Assembly: GCA_905250055.1 (NCBI GenBank)
Contig: CAJNOF010000392.1
Coordinates: 49,031-102,379, forward strand
Direction of reading: 5' to 3'
From: Rotaria sp.
Lineage: Eukaryota
DNA: 53,349 nt
Under the pieces are notes generated by a model. It was not told the origin of the DNA. It did no database searches and saw only the letters and a program-made list of their open reading frames with translations. Position 1 is the stretch's first letter, and every line of letters begins with the position of its first letter. This document shows positions 14,022-27,488 of this stretch, piece after piece. Both the position numbers and the translations under genes were made by a program.

Positions 14022-14517
14022 AAATATAACAAAAATTTTTTGTTATTCAAATAGATAAGGAGAATAATATTTATACAAATATGTATAAAAATATGTCAAG
14101 TAAATAATTTAATAAAGATTTTTACTTTTTCTAAATTTTTTTTTTGTATTTTTTCGAGTAGAATTAACAAATCTTCAAAAAATTAATTCATTACCAACTG
14201 AAATACAAATTATATCAGCAAATAATAATTTAGATACAACAGTTCCAATTGAAAAAATGAATAAAAAACATACTGAAATTAAAATTAATGAACACTCAGG
14301 TATTTTAAATTTCTCATTCGAACCATAAAAGTAGTTTTTTTTTTTCGAAAACATCATTACATAAAGTTAATTCTTATGTTTGAAAACTCGAAACATTAAT
14401 AATTTCTTCGAAGAAAAATCATATATCATGCATGAATGATTCTAGAAGATTATAAATATTGTTTTTTGTTTTTTAATATTAGATTTACACGAATCTAATG
14501 AATATGATAATACTACT

Positions 14518-15069
14518 ATGAAACAAATAATAACAAATTCAGTTCCATTTTCATCTGTTATGTCTACAAGTCAAAATGAGAAATGTTCAACATTTATTTT
14601 ACCATTACAAACAAATCAATCAGAATCATCTTCTCTAATATCATATCCATCAACACAAAATAATATTGTTTCATCAATGGCAACATCAGTTACAACAAAA
14701 CTTATGAATCAAATGAAGAATCTATCAGTTAATTCAGTGCCTATTTCAACAACTACTAATCAATCATCATCAAAAACAATATCAAATGTATCATATCTAA
14801 GTGAATATGAAATAACAGATCCAACAATATTATCTAAGAAAAAATCCATAGGAACTATAGCTTCTTATCCACCACGTAATATTTCAATAACAACAACAGA
14901 TGTTAACAATCAAAATTTTTCATCAAAATTAAATATAATTAATAAAGATGAAAAAATTCGTACCTACGAATGTAATACACCTAGTTCAATACTTCTAAAT
15001 GATGATCTTCTTCGATCTGGTACGACATCAAATACATATTCTATGTATGTTCATTCAAATATATATTAA
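14518..15069 (+). CDS. Ser/Thr/Asn-rich low-complexity ORF (183 aa). It is possibly a 5' exon of the downstream NHL gene, or a separate mucin-like protein.
   Basis: Long ORF in an intron-dense region. Its composition is S/T/N-rich, and it lies directly upstream of the first recognisable NHL-gene exon (15108). Confidence 0.3.
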   Translation: MKQIITNSVPFSSVMSTSQNEKCSTFILPLQTNQSESSSLISYPSTQNNIVSSMATSVTTKLMNQMKNLSVNSVPISTTTNQSSSKTISNVSYLSEYEITDPTILSKKKSIGTIASYPPRNISITTTDVNNQNFSSKLNIINKDEKIRTYECNTPSSILLNDDLLRSGTTSNTYSMYVHSNIY

Positions 15070-15107
15070 AGAAAGAATAATGTTCTAGGATTTTTTTTAT
15101 TTTATAG

Positions 15108-17636
15108 TTTTGATGATGAATGGGATAATGAAGCAACTCGTCAATATTATCTAAATCAAATTTCTATTGATCCTGCTGTAGCTGGGGCTAAGTAAATCAA
15201 CAAAATTTTTATAGATTTCAAGAATATTTTTATTTTAAATAATATAGTTGGCATCCTGTTAAAGAATGTCTTTCTATTGTTATGGAACAATCACATATAA
15301 ATTATACAACAGGAAATAGTCATTCACATATAACTGATCGATATATACGAGAATTTGAAAATAAACAAAGTATATTTTTAAAAACAAAAAAAATAGTTAC
15401 TATGATTTATTTATTTCTCTTTATATAGATCGACCTATTTTATATGGTGATCTCTGTATGACATATGGTACACCACAAAATAGTCCACATGCTACTTGTT
15501 TACCAATTGGAGTTGCCTTGTCATATGATGAATTAACATTACTTTCATGTGATGTTCATCGTAATTCACAAAATGTTCGTTTATTTGATATTGAAACTGG
15601 TCGATTAAAACATACGATTGCTAGTAATCAGGTATTTCAAAACGCTTAAAAGAATTTTGTCTTATGTATAATATCAGATAAAAAGACGTGCGACCTTCTC
15701 ACTGCCGAAAAATAAACCATTTCACCCGTAATAGAAGACCCTGGTTCTTGTATTGAGTCCCATATTGTTTTTCAAATTTTTAATTCAAAAAGTTTTTTCA
15801 GACAATCGATGCAGTTTTTAGGATTTTCACAAGGGTTTTAAAGAGCTAGGGATCATTTTGGACTCACTTTCTTTAGATTCCTGACTAAAAACTGGACATA
15901 TTTTCACAGAAATCCACTGATTAAAGCTTCTAATTAGCAAAAAATTAATTAATTAAAGGGAAGTCTTCTATTGCGGGGGAAGTGGGGGTTTAGTCGACAT
16001 GTAAAATTGAACAATTTTATAAAACTGAAATTGTGTAGTTAATTAGTATTTTAGATTATCTTCGAACTACTGATTATATGAGTTTCCGTTTTGTTTTATA
16101 AAATACAATCTCAATGAAGTACTGAAGTATAGAAGAAATCTCCTTGTGATTAGCAACAGCAATTCCCCTATGTTTCATATATTAATCTGACAAAGATTGT
16201 ACTAATAGCTTTTTTTTTTATGTAATAATCAAATTTGTTCTATTAATTTATTTTTAGCAAATGAAATTTCATCGTCCAAGTGCTGTAATGAGTAATGTAC
16301 GTAATAATATCTTAATTGTCGAACGAGATTATATTTTTATAACTGAACCTGATGGTCGTTTGATTCAAACAATTGGTCATCGTTCTATTAAACAATTATA
16401 TGGTTTGTTTTTCTAAGAAAAAAAGAAATCTTGATTTTTTTTGTTGTTCATCGTATTACATTAGGTATTGCTGTATTTCATGATCGTTATTTATTAACAA
16501 TTGATTCAAAATCAATTGATAATCAAACACCTGAAAATAGTCGTTTATTATTATTTGATCCAAATAATGGTCAATTAGTATTTGAACAATCTATTAATAT
16601 TAATCGAGAATCAGAAGATATTTTAAAACAACAATCTATTAATCATATTCAAGGAAAAATTTTATCTGAAACAACAAGTAAACCACGTTTTCTTACTGCA
16701 TATAATGATAATATTTATATAGCTGATCTTGGTAAACGAAAAATTCTTTTTTGTATTTGAAGAGAGAAACAAAAAAAAAGAAATTTTTATAATTATTTCA
16801 AGGTCGTAGTTTAATCTATGGAACAACTCTTCGAAATGGATGTGAATATCAATATACAACTATATTTGGTGGTCAAGGACGAGCAAATGGTGAAATGACA
16901 GATCCATCTGGTTTATTTATTGATACTGGTGGAAATATTATAAGTGCTGATAGTAAAAATGATCGAATTCAAGTAAATAGAATTTTCTCTATTTTAAAAA
17001 AATTATATAGAAAGATAGATTAAAAAATTTTTTTCTCATTTTCAATAATGAATACAAAAAAAGAATCAAAAAAATGTTTTTTTTACAAAATATATAGGTT
17101 AAAAGAAATAAGTCACACAAACGATAATATCTAAATATAGAACAGGTGAAGAGAAACGAAAAACAAAAATGATTCATTTTTTTTTTAATACTGATCCTTT
17201 TACATAATCGACTGTTAATAAATTGTATCCACTGGTCATAAATCATATTCCCATAATAATCTAGATAGCATTACATAATGATAAGCCAGCTGACATAGAA
17301 TACTCTTGATTGCTATGCTTATAAGACTGACAAAAAGAAAGAGAAGATACCATCCATTATAACGACAGTGTAATGTCAATCATCGACTTTTGTTGATAAA
17401 ATATGTCAAAACAAATTATTTAAATCTTTAGATTGAAGATTTTTTGTCTATTATTTGAAATCATATTGTTTTGTTTTTTTGTAGATATTTACATCGGATG
17501 GTGAATATAAAACAACATTAAAATTAAATGAACGTATAAAACGTCCATCAGGTATATGTACAAATCGTCTTGGTACGAAATTTTATATTTCATGTTATCT
17601 AGCTGGATGTGTACGAGCATTTAATATAACTTATTA
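15108..17636 (+). CDS. NHL-repeat (six-bladed beta-propeller) protein; the gene model is partial. Exons: 15108-15191, 15248-15369, 15429-15631, 16258-16402, 16465-16731, 16803-16972 and 17485-17636.
   Basis: Anchored by ORFs 15458-15649 and 16431-16760. All junctions are GT..AG and phase-consistent. NHL signatures are present: ...GRANGEMTDPSGLFIDTGGNIISADSKNDRIQ / IFTSDGEYKTTLKLNERIKRPSGICTNRLG... The first exon begins in phase 2, so the true 5' end lies upstream. Confidence 0.65.
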
Positions 17637-17729
17637 GTTCATTTAGCTTTTTCTTTTTCTTGTTGTTATATAAAAAAAGATTATCAATGTTACTGTTTTT
17701 TTTTTAAATTAAATACAAATAAACATGAT

Positions 17730-18068
17730 TTAGAAATGATGTAATTTTGGTACAAGACCATAATGTTCAATAAATACATATGTACCTAAACCTTGTTGTA
17801 AAACATCATGTAAACGTTCTTTATTAAATGTTGACATTGTATCACTAATCACTGATGTTAATGGTGATGGTGGTGGTGGTGGTGGTAAAATATTAAAATT
17901 GCCTGGAATAGGTGATGTACGAATTATTGATAGTGAATGATTTGTTGTTGATGGTGGTGGAGGTAAATTAAAAATATGTGATTCATTTGTTGTTATACGT
18001 GAACGTTGTGAATCTGTATCACGAAGAATAGATTTATTACGTTGTATTGAATCATTATTTAATGACAT
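17730..18068 (-). CDS. Proline-rich small ORF (112 aa, with PPPPSTT and PPPPPPSP stretches). It may be a terminal exon.
   Basis: Six-frame ORF with an SH3-ligand-like poly-Pro composition. There is no family assignment. Confidence 0.25.
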   Translation of the reverse strand: MSLNNDSIQRNKSILRDTDSQRSRITTNESHIFNLPPPPSTTNHSLSIIRTSPIPGNFNILPPPPPPSPLTSVISDTMSTFNKERLHDVLQQGLGTYVFIEHYGLVPKLHHF

Positions 18069-18426
18069 ATCTGAAAATATAATTCTCGAATGTTTAAAAG
18101 CAAAATCAATTGAAACATATTTTTCAGAATGATAGAGAATATTTTAAAAGATTTATAAAAAATCTCTTTTTATCAACTTTTTGAAAAATATAGATGTTAA
18201 ACTTTACATTGAAATGATCTATCAGAAGAAAAACTTATATTATTCGATTGAGTTTAAATGATGTATACTTTTCTTATCAAATTATTGTTTTTCTTTTATA
18301 TTTATCATTATATAAATTTCAATTCTTATAAAATAAATAATCATTTTTCAACGTTTTTATATAAAAACAAAAAAAAAAAAATCTAACAACATTTAAAATA
18401 TTCACATAGTTCAATTTTTTGTGTTT

Positions 18427-19098
18427 TTATTCCATATAAACTGAACCATCATCTGGTGTTAAATAACCACAAGCAATAAGTACAGAATCAATTAATGTCC
18501 ATATACCAAGACCACCAAATGAAAAAATTTTTCCAAGTGCTTCTTTAATATGTCCTAAATAGAATCGATCAAAACCTAAACCACCAAAAAATATACTTAT
18601 TAATAATGTATTTAATTTTTTATGACCACTTGTCCAATTACATTCAATATTTCGATAAAATGTTCTTGAACCTAAACAAAGTTGTGTATTATCAGCAATT
18701 GTACAATTTGATTTATAATGATTAGAATTTTGATAATGACGACAAGCAATATTTGATGTACAAGCAAGTTCATCTAATGGCGTTTGATAACAATATCGAC
18801 ATATATACATACGTTGAAATGATGAAACAATTTTATTATTATTATTTATACATGAACCATTCAACATTCGACATAAACTAGAAAGTTGTTCACCATAAAT
18901 ACAATTAATTGTTAATGAACAATCAAGACATTCAACAGGTACTTGATTACATGATATAAGACCATTGAGATTACATTGACTATTAATTAAATTAAATATT
19001 TGAATGAATATTAATATAATAATATTCACATTATTCATTAGTTCATTGTTTACGACGAAAAAAATAAAAAAGAATAAATAAAATGATCGACAATCCAA
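18427..19098 (-). CDS. TM2D: TM2 domain-containing protein (TM2D family), single exon. The likely true start is the internal Met at 19038 (MNNVNIIILIFIQIFNLINSQ, a signal peptide).
   Basis: The C-terminus has the TM2 signature LLISIFFGGLGFDRFYLGHIKEALGKIFSFGGLGIWTLIDSVLIACGYL (two TM helices and the DRF motif). The N-terminus has a signal peptide and a Cys-rich ectodomain, as in TM2D1-3. Confidence 0.75.
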   Translation of the reverse strand: MDCRSFYLFFFIFFVVNNELMNNVNIIILIFIQIFNLINSQCNLNGLISCNQVPVECLDCSLTINCIYGEQLSSLCRMLNGSCINNNNKIVSSFQRMYICRYCYQTPLDELACTSNIACRHYQNSNHYKSNCTIADNTQLCLGSRTFYRNIECNWTSGHKKLNTLLISIFFGGLGFDRFYLGHIKEALGKIFSFGGLGIWTLIDSVLIACGYLTPDDGSVYME

Positions 19099-19315
19099 TC
19101 AGTTAAAAATGATTTTTTCATTGGTTAGTCTCGGAAACCAATAATATCGATCGAATATTATATGGTTCTTTTTTTCTTTCTCATTTCATTATACGTGTAT
19201 GCCTCCGAGGGTGCAATTTATTTTTGACCTCTTCTTTCTCAGTAGATATTTATAGCTTGTGTCTGTTTTGTTATAGATTTCATTTTATTTACATTTTACT
19301 AATCTCGAGCGAAAA

Positions 19316-20708
<1,393 letters not shown>

Positions 20709-21840
20709 ATTAACGAACAATCAATAGGACTCATTTTATCTAAAATTTTTTCCGCCTTCCCCACTTCTTGCCTATAGAACTTGTAGTCAGTCAATTGATG
20801 TAGTGTAACACTATACTTTTATTACTTTATCCATAATAAAAAAAAAAAACAATTAGTCTTATTTAGTACTAATCTTAAAGGTTAAAATACTAAAATAAAT
20901 TTTTTTAAAATATTTATAAAAAATAACTATACTAATCAAAATAACAAAAAAATTGTTGCCACATTTCTAAACAAAAAAAAACTCTATTAGCATTAACAAA
21001 CAATGTTCTTATGCAAATAATCAATATATATATATGTAGAACAATTTGCTATGAATCATAGAGTACTTATTGATACTTTTAACATCATAGAACTGAAAAT
21101 AATTATTTTATTTATGCTTCACAATAAATTCTATATGATGAAAATGAACAATTTAAATAATGGTTTTGATTATTAAAATGATGCCATTTCATAAATGTTC
21201 TGTTTCTAGTTCATTTTTATTTATTTAATCTCATTTCAACTTCAACCGATACAAAAGAAAAAAAAAATCAGAAAGTATTTTTCTATAGTACAGTAAATGC
21301 TGATTGCAGATGAATAATTCAATAGACTAAATCATTTAGTTTTATTTTTCGAATATAGAACATAGTCAATATTTACATGGAACAAAAAAAAAACTATTTT
21401 CCACTTATGATAAGATTAGCACAAATACATAATAATATAATAACAGCTGTATTAAAAAATAACATATTACGAAAACGTGGTTCTAATTCACCTGAACGAT
21501 ACCAAAATGCCTATAATAATTAAATTGTAAAAACAAAAGAAGCAAAACAATCTCTTTTTTATAAGTACTTACTAAACATAAATGTGAACAAAGAAGTAGA
21601 ATAAGACAGATATTTAAAAAAATATGTGTACCACTAATATGTTTAAAAAGAAACATGCCAACAAATGTTGCCTAAATAAAATAAATATTTTCAAAAAAAA
21701 AAATTTTGTTATGTTCATCAAAAACAAATTACTAGAACAAAAACAGTCGTAACAGCTGTAATAATGATGAATGAAATTCGATCCTAATAGATATAAAAAC
21801 AAATTTTAACTATATAAATATTAATAAGAATTAAATCATT

Positions 21841-21931
21841 TTCGTTTTTTTTTTACTAGAGATCTTGTTTCACCAAAAAGTGGTCGATCAACAAGATCAG
21901 CATAAGCTGAACTCGATGCCATAGTCCAAGA
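21841..21931 (-). CDS. Tiny ORF (MASSSAYADLVDRPLFGETRSLVKKKRK). It is a possible small peptide or a first exon, with weak support.
   Basis: An ATG-initiated 30-codon ORF on the minus strand with a slightly higher-GC patch. There is no supporting splice structure. Confidence 0.1.
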
Positions 21932-24900
21932 AAATAGATATTATTTTAAATGTACTCGAACGATAGCACTATGTGTGTTTTCTTTTTATTTAAAATAAAT
22001 GAATCATAGAGTCATATGTGATAGGTTATTTTGAACCAATAGAATCCAATCTATATTTTTCTTTACTCATGATTTTATCCGACATGGTTGCACTCCATCG
22101 TTCAACATTTTTCTAGTACAATCTAAGGATGATATTCATCAATCAAAAAGTTCCTTAGTTAATGTAAAAAAGAAGAAGAATCTAACCGAATAGTAATTCA
22201 ATTTCACTGTAAACAATGTAATCATACATTATAAAAAAAAACCAAACTTTTGCTTGTCATTTGTATGAATAAAATGTTGCAATGATTCGATGACATTCAT
22301 ATTTAAGAATCTTTGTTTTATCGTCGATTTAATTCCTTGAAGATGGACAGCATATATATACGTTTGGTTTCGAAACAACTCGTGCACACCTCGTATAGTG
22401 TAACAGAAACTATAATGATTTCAATAGATTGAGATCACAAGACTAAAAACGTGTTCGTAACACCATCGCTATCGTGAGCATTTTTGTAGTCGGTGAAGTA
22501 GGCATTCGAGTCTATGTAATTTACGTACTAGAAATTTATTTGAACTATGTTACGAAGATTCATGTCTCGAGATGATACAAACGTTTTTGAATAAATCGTT
22601 TATTGTTCTTATGTTAATGAAAACATTATTGCTGAAAATTGAGATCACTTCGCACAAACATTTATGTGATCTTTTGTGAGTTTTCGTTTTTGTTGACTAA
22701 ACAAATGTGTCAAAATGGATCATTTTCTGTTGTGTGACGATATGAAGAATGAACAATCGGAAAATACGTAGATAGATGTTCTTGTACTGTCTTATTCACG
22801 CATCGAAGAAGGTAATGAATTTGTATTGAAATAACTTTGACCTTCTTCGATACATGAATAAGACAATACAAGAACGTCTATCTGTGACTGATGTATATAT
22901 GAGAGACAACTAAAACAAATCCCGTAAGATGATATGAATAGTTTCGTAAAGATCAAAAAAACATTGAAGACGAAGAACAATCTATCAGAACAGTAATTCA
23001 CAGTATATCTTTTCATGATCATTTTTGAAGTCAACTGTTACGATGTAGAACTAGTCGTAATCTTTTTCGGTTTATGATGATCGGAGACTATTCGTTGGAT
23101 GATGCTATGGTTTAGGTTAGTTAGTGTTTGAAGTTTGTCAACTGTAATATGAGAATCATCATTAATAAAATAATGGATGAAAACAAAATTGGAGTTGAAC
23201 AGCAATGATCGTAACTCGAATATCATAGCAAATGTAAAATGCTGAAATTTTATAGAATTATAGGGCATATTTTGGAGTAACCCCTAAATATATATAGAAA
23301 TGCTTTTGCCACTACTCTTGGTATACTCTACATATATTATCTATATTCATTCACATCCGAAAAAGTAACACAAATTCAAAAGTATTTTTTCAAATGAATA
23401 TGAAGTTCTAACTTGATTAAAATGTCATTTTTCACAAATATTAGTAAGTCTTAACTTATCATTATCCTCAAACTTCATTCATGAATGGAAAAGCAAATAT
23501 ATTTATTATTCAACATCACAATTTGTTGTACAATATGCTTCAATAATAAGTCCACCAACTAAATTCAATCAATTAGCATTATCAAATATTTATTTACGAA
23601 GTATTGATTTAGCACAGATCATTGCTGAATGCCATCATTAAGACATGGATAAAAAAATCTACACTTGGTCTACAATATACAAAAAAACAATAGATAAAAT
23701 GAGACAATTATATTCAATATGGTTTGATGAATCTGATTATCTTTATATACATTGTTTTAGTTATGATCAAGCACTTACACCACAATAATTTTTGATACAT
23801 GTTGATGATGAATAAATGACAAATATAAAAATCATTAACATCGGAGAAATTGTTCGAATATAAAGTTAAATTCTAAGTTTGAAATAATAAATCATTGATT
23901 GCTTGTTTTTCTATTCTTTAGATGTAATGCTTTGTGTGGAAGTTTAATTATCGGTGGGGCTTTGGTATCGCAGGATCATAAAAAGACCTAGATCAACACC
24001 CATACCCTAAGCTGTCTATCATGATCTATGATTGCGAGGACGTTGTCAAGGTATCTGTCATCGTCTGTGATAGTCTATCAATAAAATCTGTCGTGGTCTA
24101 TGATATTTCTATAGTAGTATCTTTTCTGCTTTGTTGGAAGAAAAAGTGCAGCCAAATTTCTACCTCTACACGTCAACACACCTTTCAGATCGTGTTCCAT
24201 AAGAGATTGTAAAAATGTATAGGTTAAATTCTAGAATGCTAGTTTGATAGACATATCAATATTTGTATTCCGAACACAGGGACTATTTTCATTAGAAGTT
24301 TATGAGATAGATTTTGCAATGTATTCATGTAAGTTTTAAAAAATATTCAAGACATAACAATATGAAGGCATGAATGAAGAATAACTTTGACGACTAACTC
24401 GGAACTCACTTTGTAGCTTCATAGAGAAGAAGGTCTTGCAAGAAAATGTGAAGAAATGTAAGTTTCTCTGTACGATGCAAAAGGGAAAAATCACATTTCA
24501 CGTATGGTAAAATTACGTCAAAAGAAATTTAAAGTAGCTCGAAGTGCTCTCAAGTAATTCAAATTAACTTCGAGTATAAAGTTTGCTTTTTTTTGCTCTT
24601 TAGTGCAACGACTAAAAATATTAACGACCAAATAACTATGATGAAATTTAAGCTACCATTTCATTCATAAACTACATCGACACTTTTCTTAAGCAAGGTC
24701 TAAACGTATCGTGTGATGCTTTGAATTTCTTGTCTTATCTTCTGTATTTGCTCATTCATTTTTTCATAGGGATATCTACTTTTGAATAGATCTTTAGGTC
24801 TATTTATTGATTTATCTTCGCTTTTGAAATTAGATTTTTCTACATTAGTAGTTACCACTTGATGAGATTTATGAAAAATCGAAACATTCTTTTTTGATTT

Positions 24901-24939
24901 GTCGTAATAACTTTAAAATGAGAAAATATAGTGATTTTA

Positions 24940-25035
24940 AGAGTGAGGTGAGTGTGGACGTGGATGGCATGAGCATCGGTGCAGGAGAAGAGACTATATA
25001 GAATTATATTCACCTTCCTCCAACACTCATGCGAA
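24940..25035. repeat. Degenerate telomeric-repeat palindrome (gagtgaggtgagtgtggacgtggatgg...caccttcctccaacactcatgc).
   Basis: A G-arm followed by a C-arm, with the same architecture as the other hairpins. Confidence 0.4.
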
Positions 25036-26589
25036 TTTTTTTATCTGCTAGATGTTTTTGTCTTTTAGATACACTGTATTGTAGTTTGCGTGATATATGC
25101 ATTTACATCTTGTGGATATTGCTGCGTGTGGATGAAGACAAGACTTGCTTCACTTGTTCCTTGCTCAACATAAGAAACTGATTTGGCAAAACTTATTCGT
25201 CTTTTGCCAACGTCAAAAGTGGTATAGCAAGATGGCAGATGATATTATTATTATTTGATGGATCAATTTCAGAATAAACCTATTGAGCAACACTCAATCT
25301 CAATGGCCGACCTCGAATAATGAAAATTAGATCAAGCATAGATGATCGGTATGAACAATCGACCGTATCAAACTGCAATATAAATAAATATTCATTCAGA
25401 TCATTGAATGTATTTTTATAGTGGTAGTTACTGTTGAGTTGTAAGTGGGAGTCGCCTGTTGAAAGCGTGTAATGTCCGAAAATGGTCCGATAATAGATGT
25501 TGTGCGAGGGTTGATAACTGCTTCACAGTCACCATTACACAAATTCAGTGTATCAGCCTTAAGGCTAAACAACATGAAGCAGAACTTTGATAAATATAAT
25601 TGAGTTTGATAATAACTTATTTACCCATTCAATCCAATTTGTCATGCTTGTTCATGTTGTTTGGTCGCATTAGCATGAATGATTTCATTTTCGAAGAGTT
25701 GAGAATCAACACTACCGAAGAAAATCTCCTCGTCTCTTGGATGTTATGGATTCCTAAATTAGTCTTTTTTTTGTCAATAGTGGTCACAAAAATCAATAAT
25801 TCATAGGGATCAAGCCAAAATGAAACTATTGGTTGATCCATAAGTCTTTGATGCCAAAGACTGACAACAAGTGGTTTCATGTGTTCTCAAGAAAGCGAAT
25901 AAAGTCCTAAACCTAATGAAGCAACATTTTTCAAATGGTCATATGTCTGCATGGGAAAAACTCAATATTTACTGCAGATACCATTAGATGGAATATTGTT
26001 CGAAATACTTGAAAAAGTAATCACAACAACGTAGTGATGTCCAATAGTAAAGAATTTAGATAGTTGTCATTAGCATATTTGAAAGAGACAAAAAACAAAG
26101 AATGTTCTCACTTACCGAAACACTATCGATGCTGATAAGACTCGATATGCTTGTTCCATCCACGTAGGTTATCGAAAGTATGTTGCTGTATAGAAGACGT
26201 CTGAAGGTCGATGATGTCGATGCATTGAATTTATCAACAAACATTATTTACCAGAAAAAGATAGTACAGTCCTCGTCAAATATTCTGGGACACATAAGAA
26301 TCACAGTCTGAAATTTTCTCTTCTCACATCGATTAAAGTTTTTATCTATTTTTGTTTTTTTATGTAAAAGCCAGAAGCTTTGCGTTTGTACAATGGAAAA
26401 TGAAAGCTTGACCAATAACCGTGCTTACCTTAGATAAAAATTTTAATCAATGTAAGGAAAGAAAATTTTCGAACAGTTATTTTTATATGTCCCAGAACTT
26501 TTGGCAAGGATTGTATATCACATAATTTTCTCTGAATGTGGATTTTATCAAAATCATTGAAAACAGAATAAAATCATACAGAAATAGAT

Positions 26590-26658
26590 CAGCATATCAT
26601 TCCGGGACTAGTCGATATGGGCTTTGCTGAACAGCGAGTACGAAAAGCACTTGAATGA
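26590..26658 (+). pseudogene. Isolated UBA-domain-like fragment (...IIPGLVDMGFAEQRVRKALE*), truncated by a stop in the middle of the domain.
   Basis: Helix 1 and helix 2 of a UBA fold (LVDMGF...RVRKAL) are followed directly by TGA with no usable donor. It is probably a gene fragment. Confidence 0.2.
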
Positions 26659-27488
26659 ACGACGTTAGAAAAAAAAGAATCACATAGAAAAATATTTTTA
26701 TACAAGCTTAATATTTTACTTGTTAAGAAATTATTTAGATGATCTTAGGGCCTACTCTAAAACCTTGTGAGCAAATGGCAGAGTTCGACAAGTGATCACA
26801 CAAACAATACTACCTAGCAATTACTTAAAACAAACTTATGGCTTTCGAACATCCTCCTATAGATTTACTGTTAGTCAAACAAGTGATCGATGATAATAAT
26901 GAAGAAGGTCTTGAACCTAATTCAACTATGTTTTGGTCTATTATGGAAAATTCAAGTATTCAACGAGCACTTAATAATTCAAAAATATTTTTACGTAGAT
27001 TCTTATGATTTATAATAATTGATGCCATATAAATGAAAATTTTCTATTTCGTTATGCTTCAATTGTATGAAAATTTAAGTTTAATAACAATTTATTTAAA
27101 TGATTTAGACACGAAAACTAATGATTATCATGAGAGAAATTTATTTTGTAATCCTGCAAGTCCAAATGAAAATGATACTGACTTAAATCATGTATAATAT
27201 ATTGTCTTTTTTTGATTTGTTTGTCCTTTTATTTGTTACTATAAATAAAATAATCGAGACACAAACCAACTACTAGGTCATAAACAAATCATTTCATTGA
27301 CTTGTGCAAGAACAATATTTCGGATATGTAGTGAAAGAACAGAAAAAAAAATATGCATTAGTCATATTTTTCTCTTTTAGCAGACATATTTTCATATCCC
27401 ATGTGAGTCACTGAGTGTCTTGTGTAGATTTCTATTTTTTTTTGCGATAAAAGATATTAACGGTATATTCACTCTTAACATAACAACA

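Noticed and set aside
16662-17246. Minus-strand ORFs 16662-16859 and 16989-17246
   Set aside because: They are antisense to, or inside introns of, the NHL gene. They are F/I/K-rich AT-bias artefacts.
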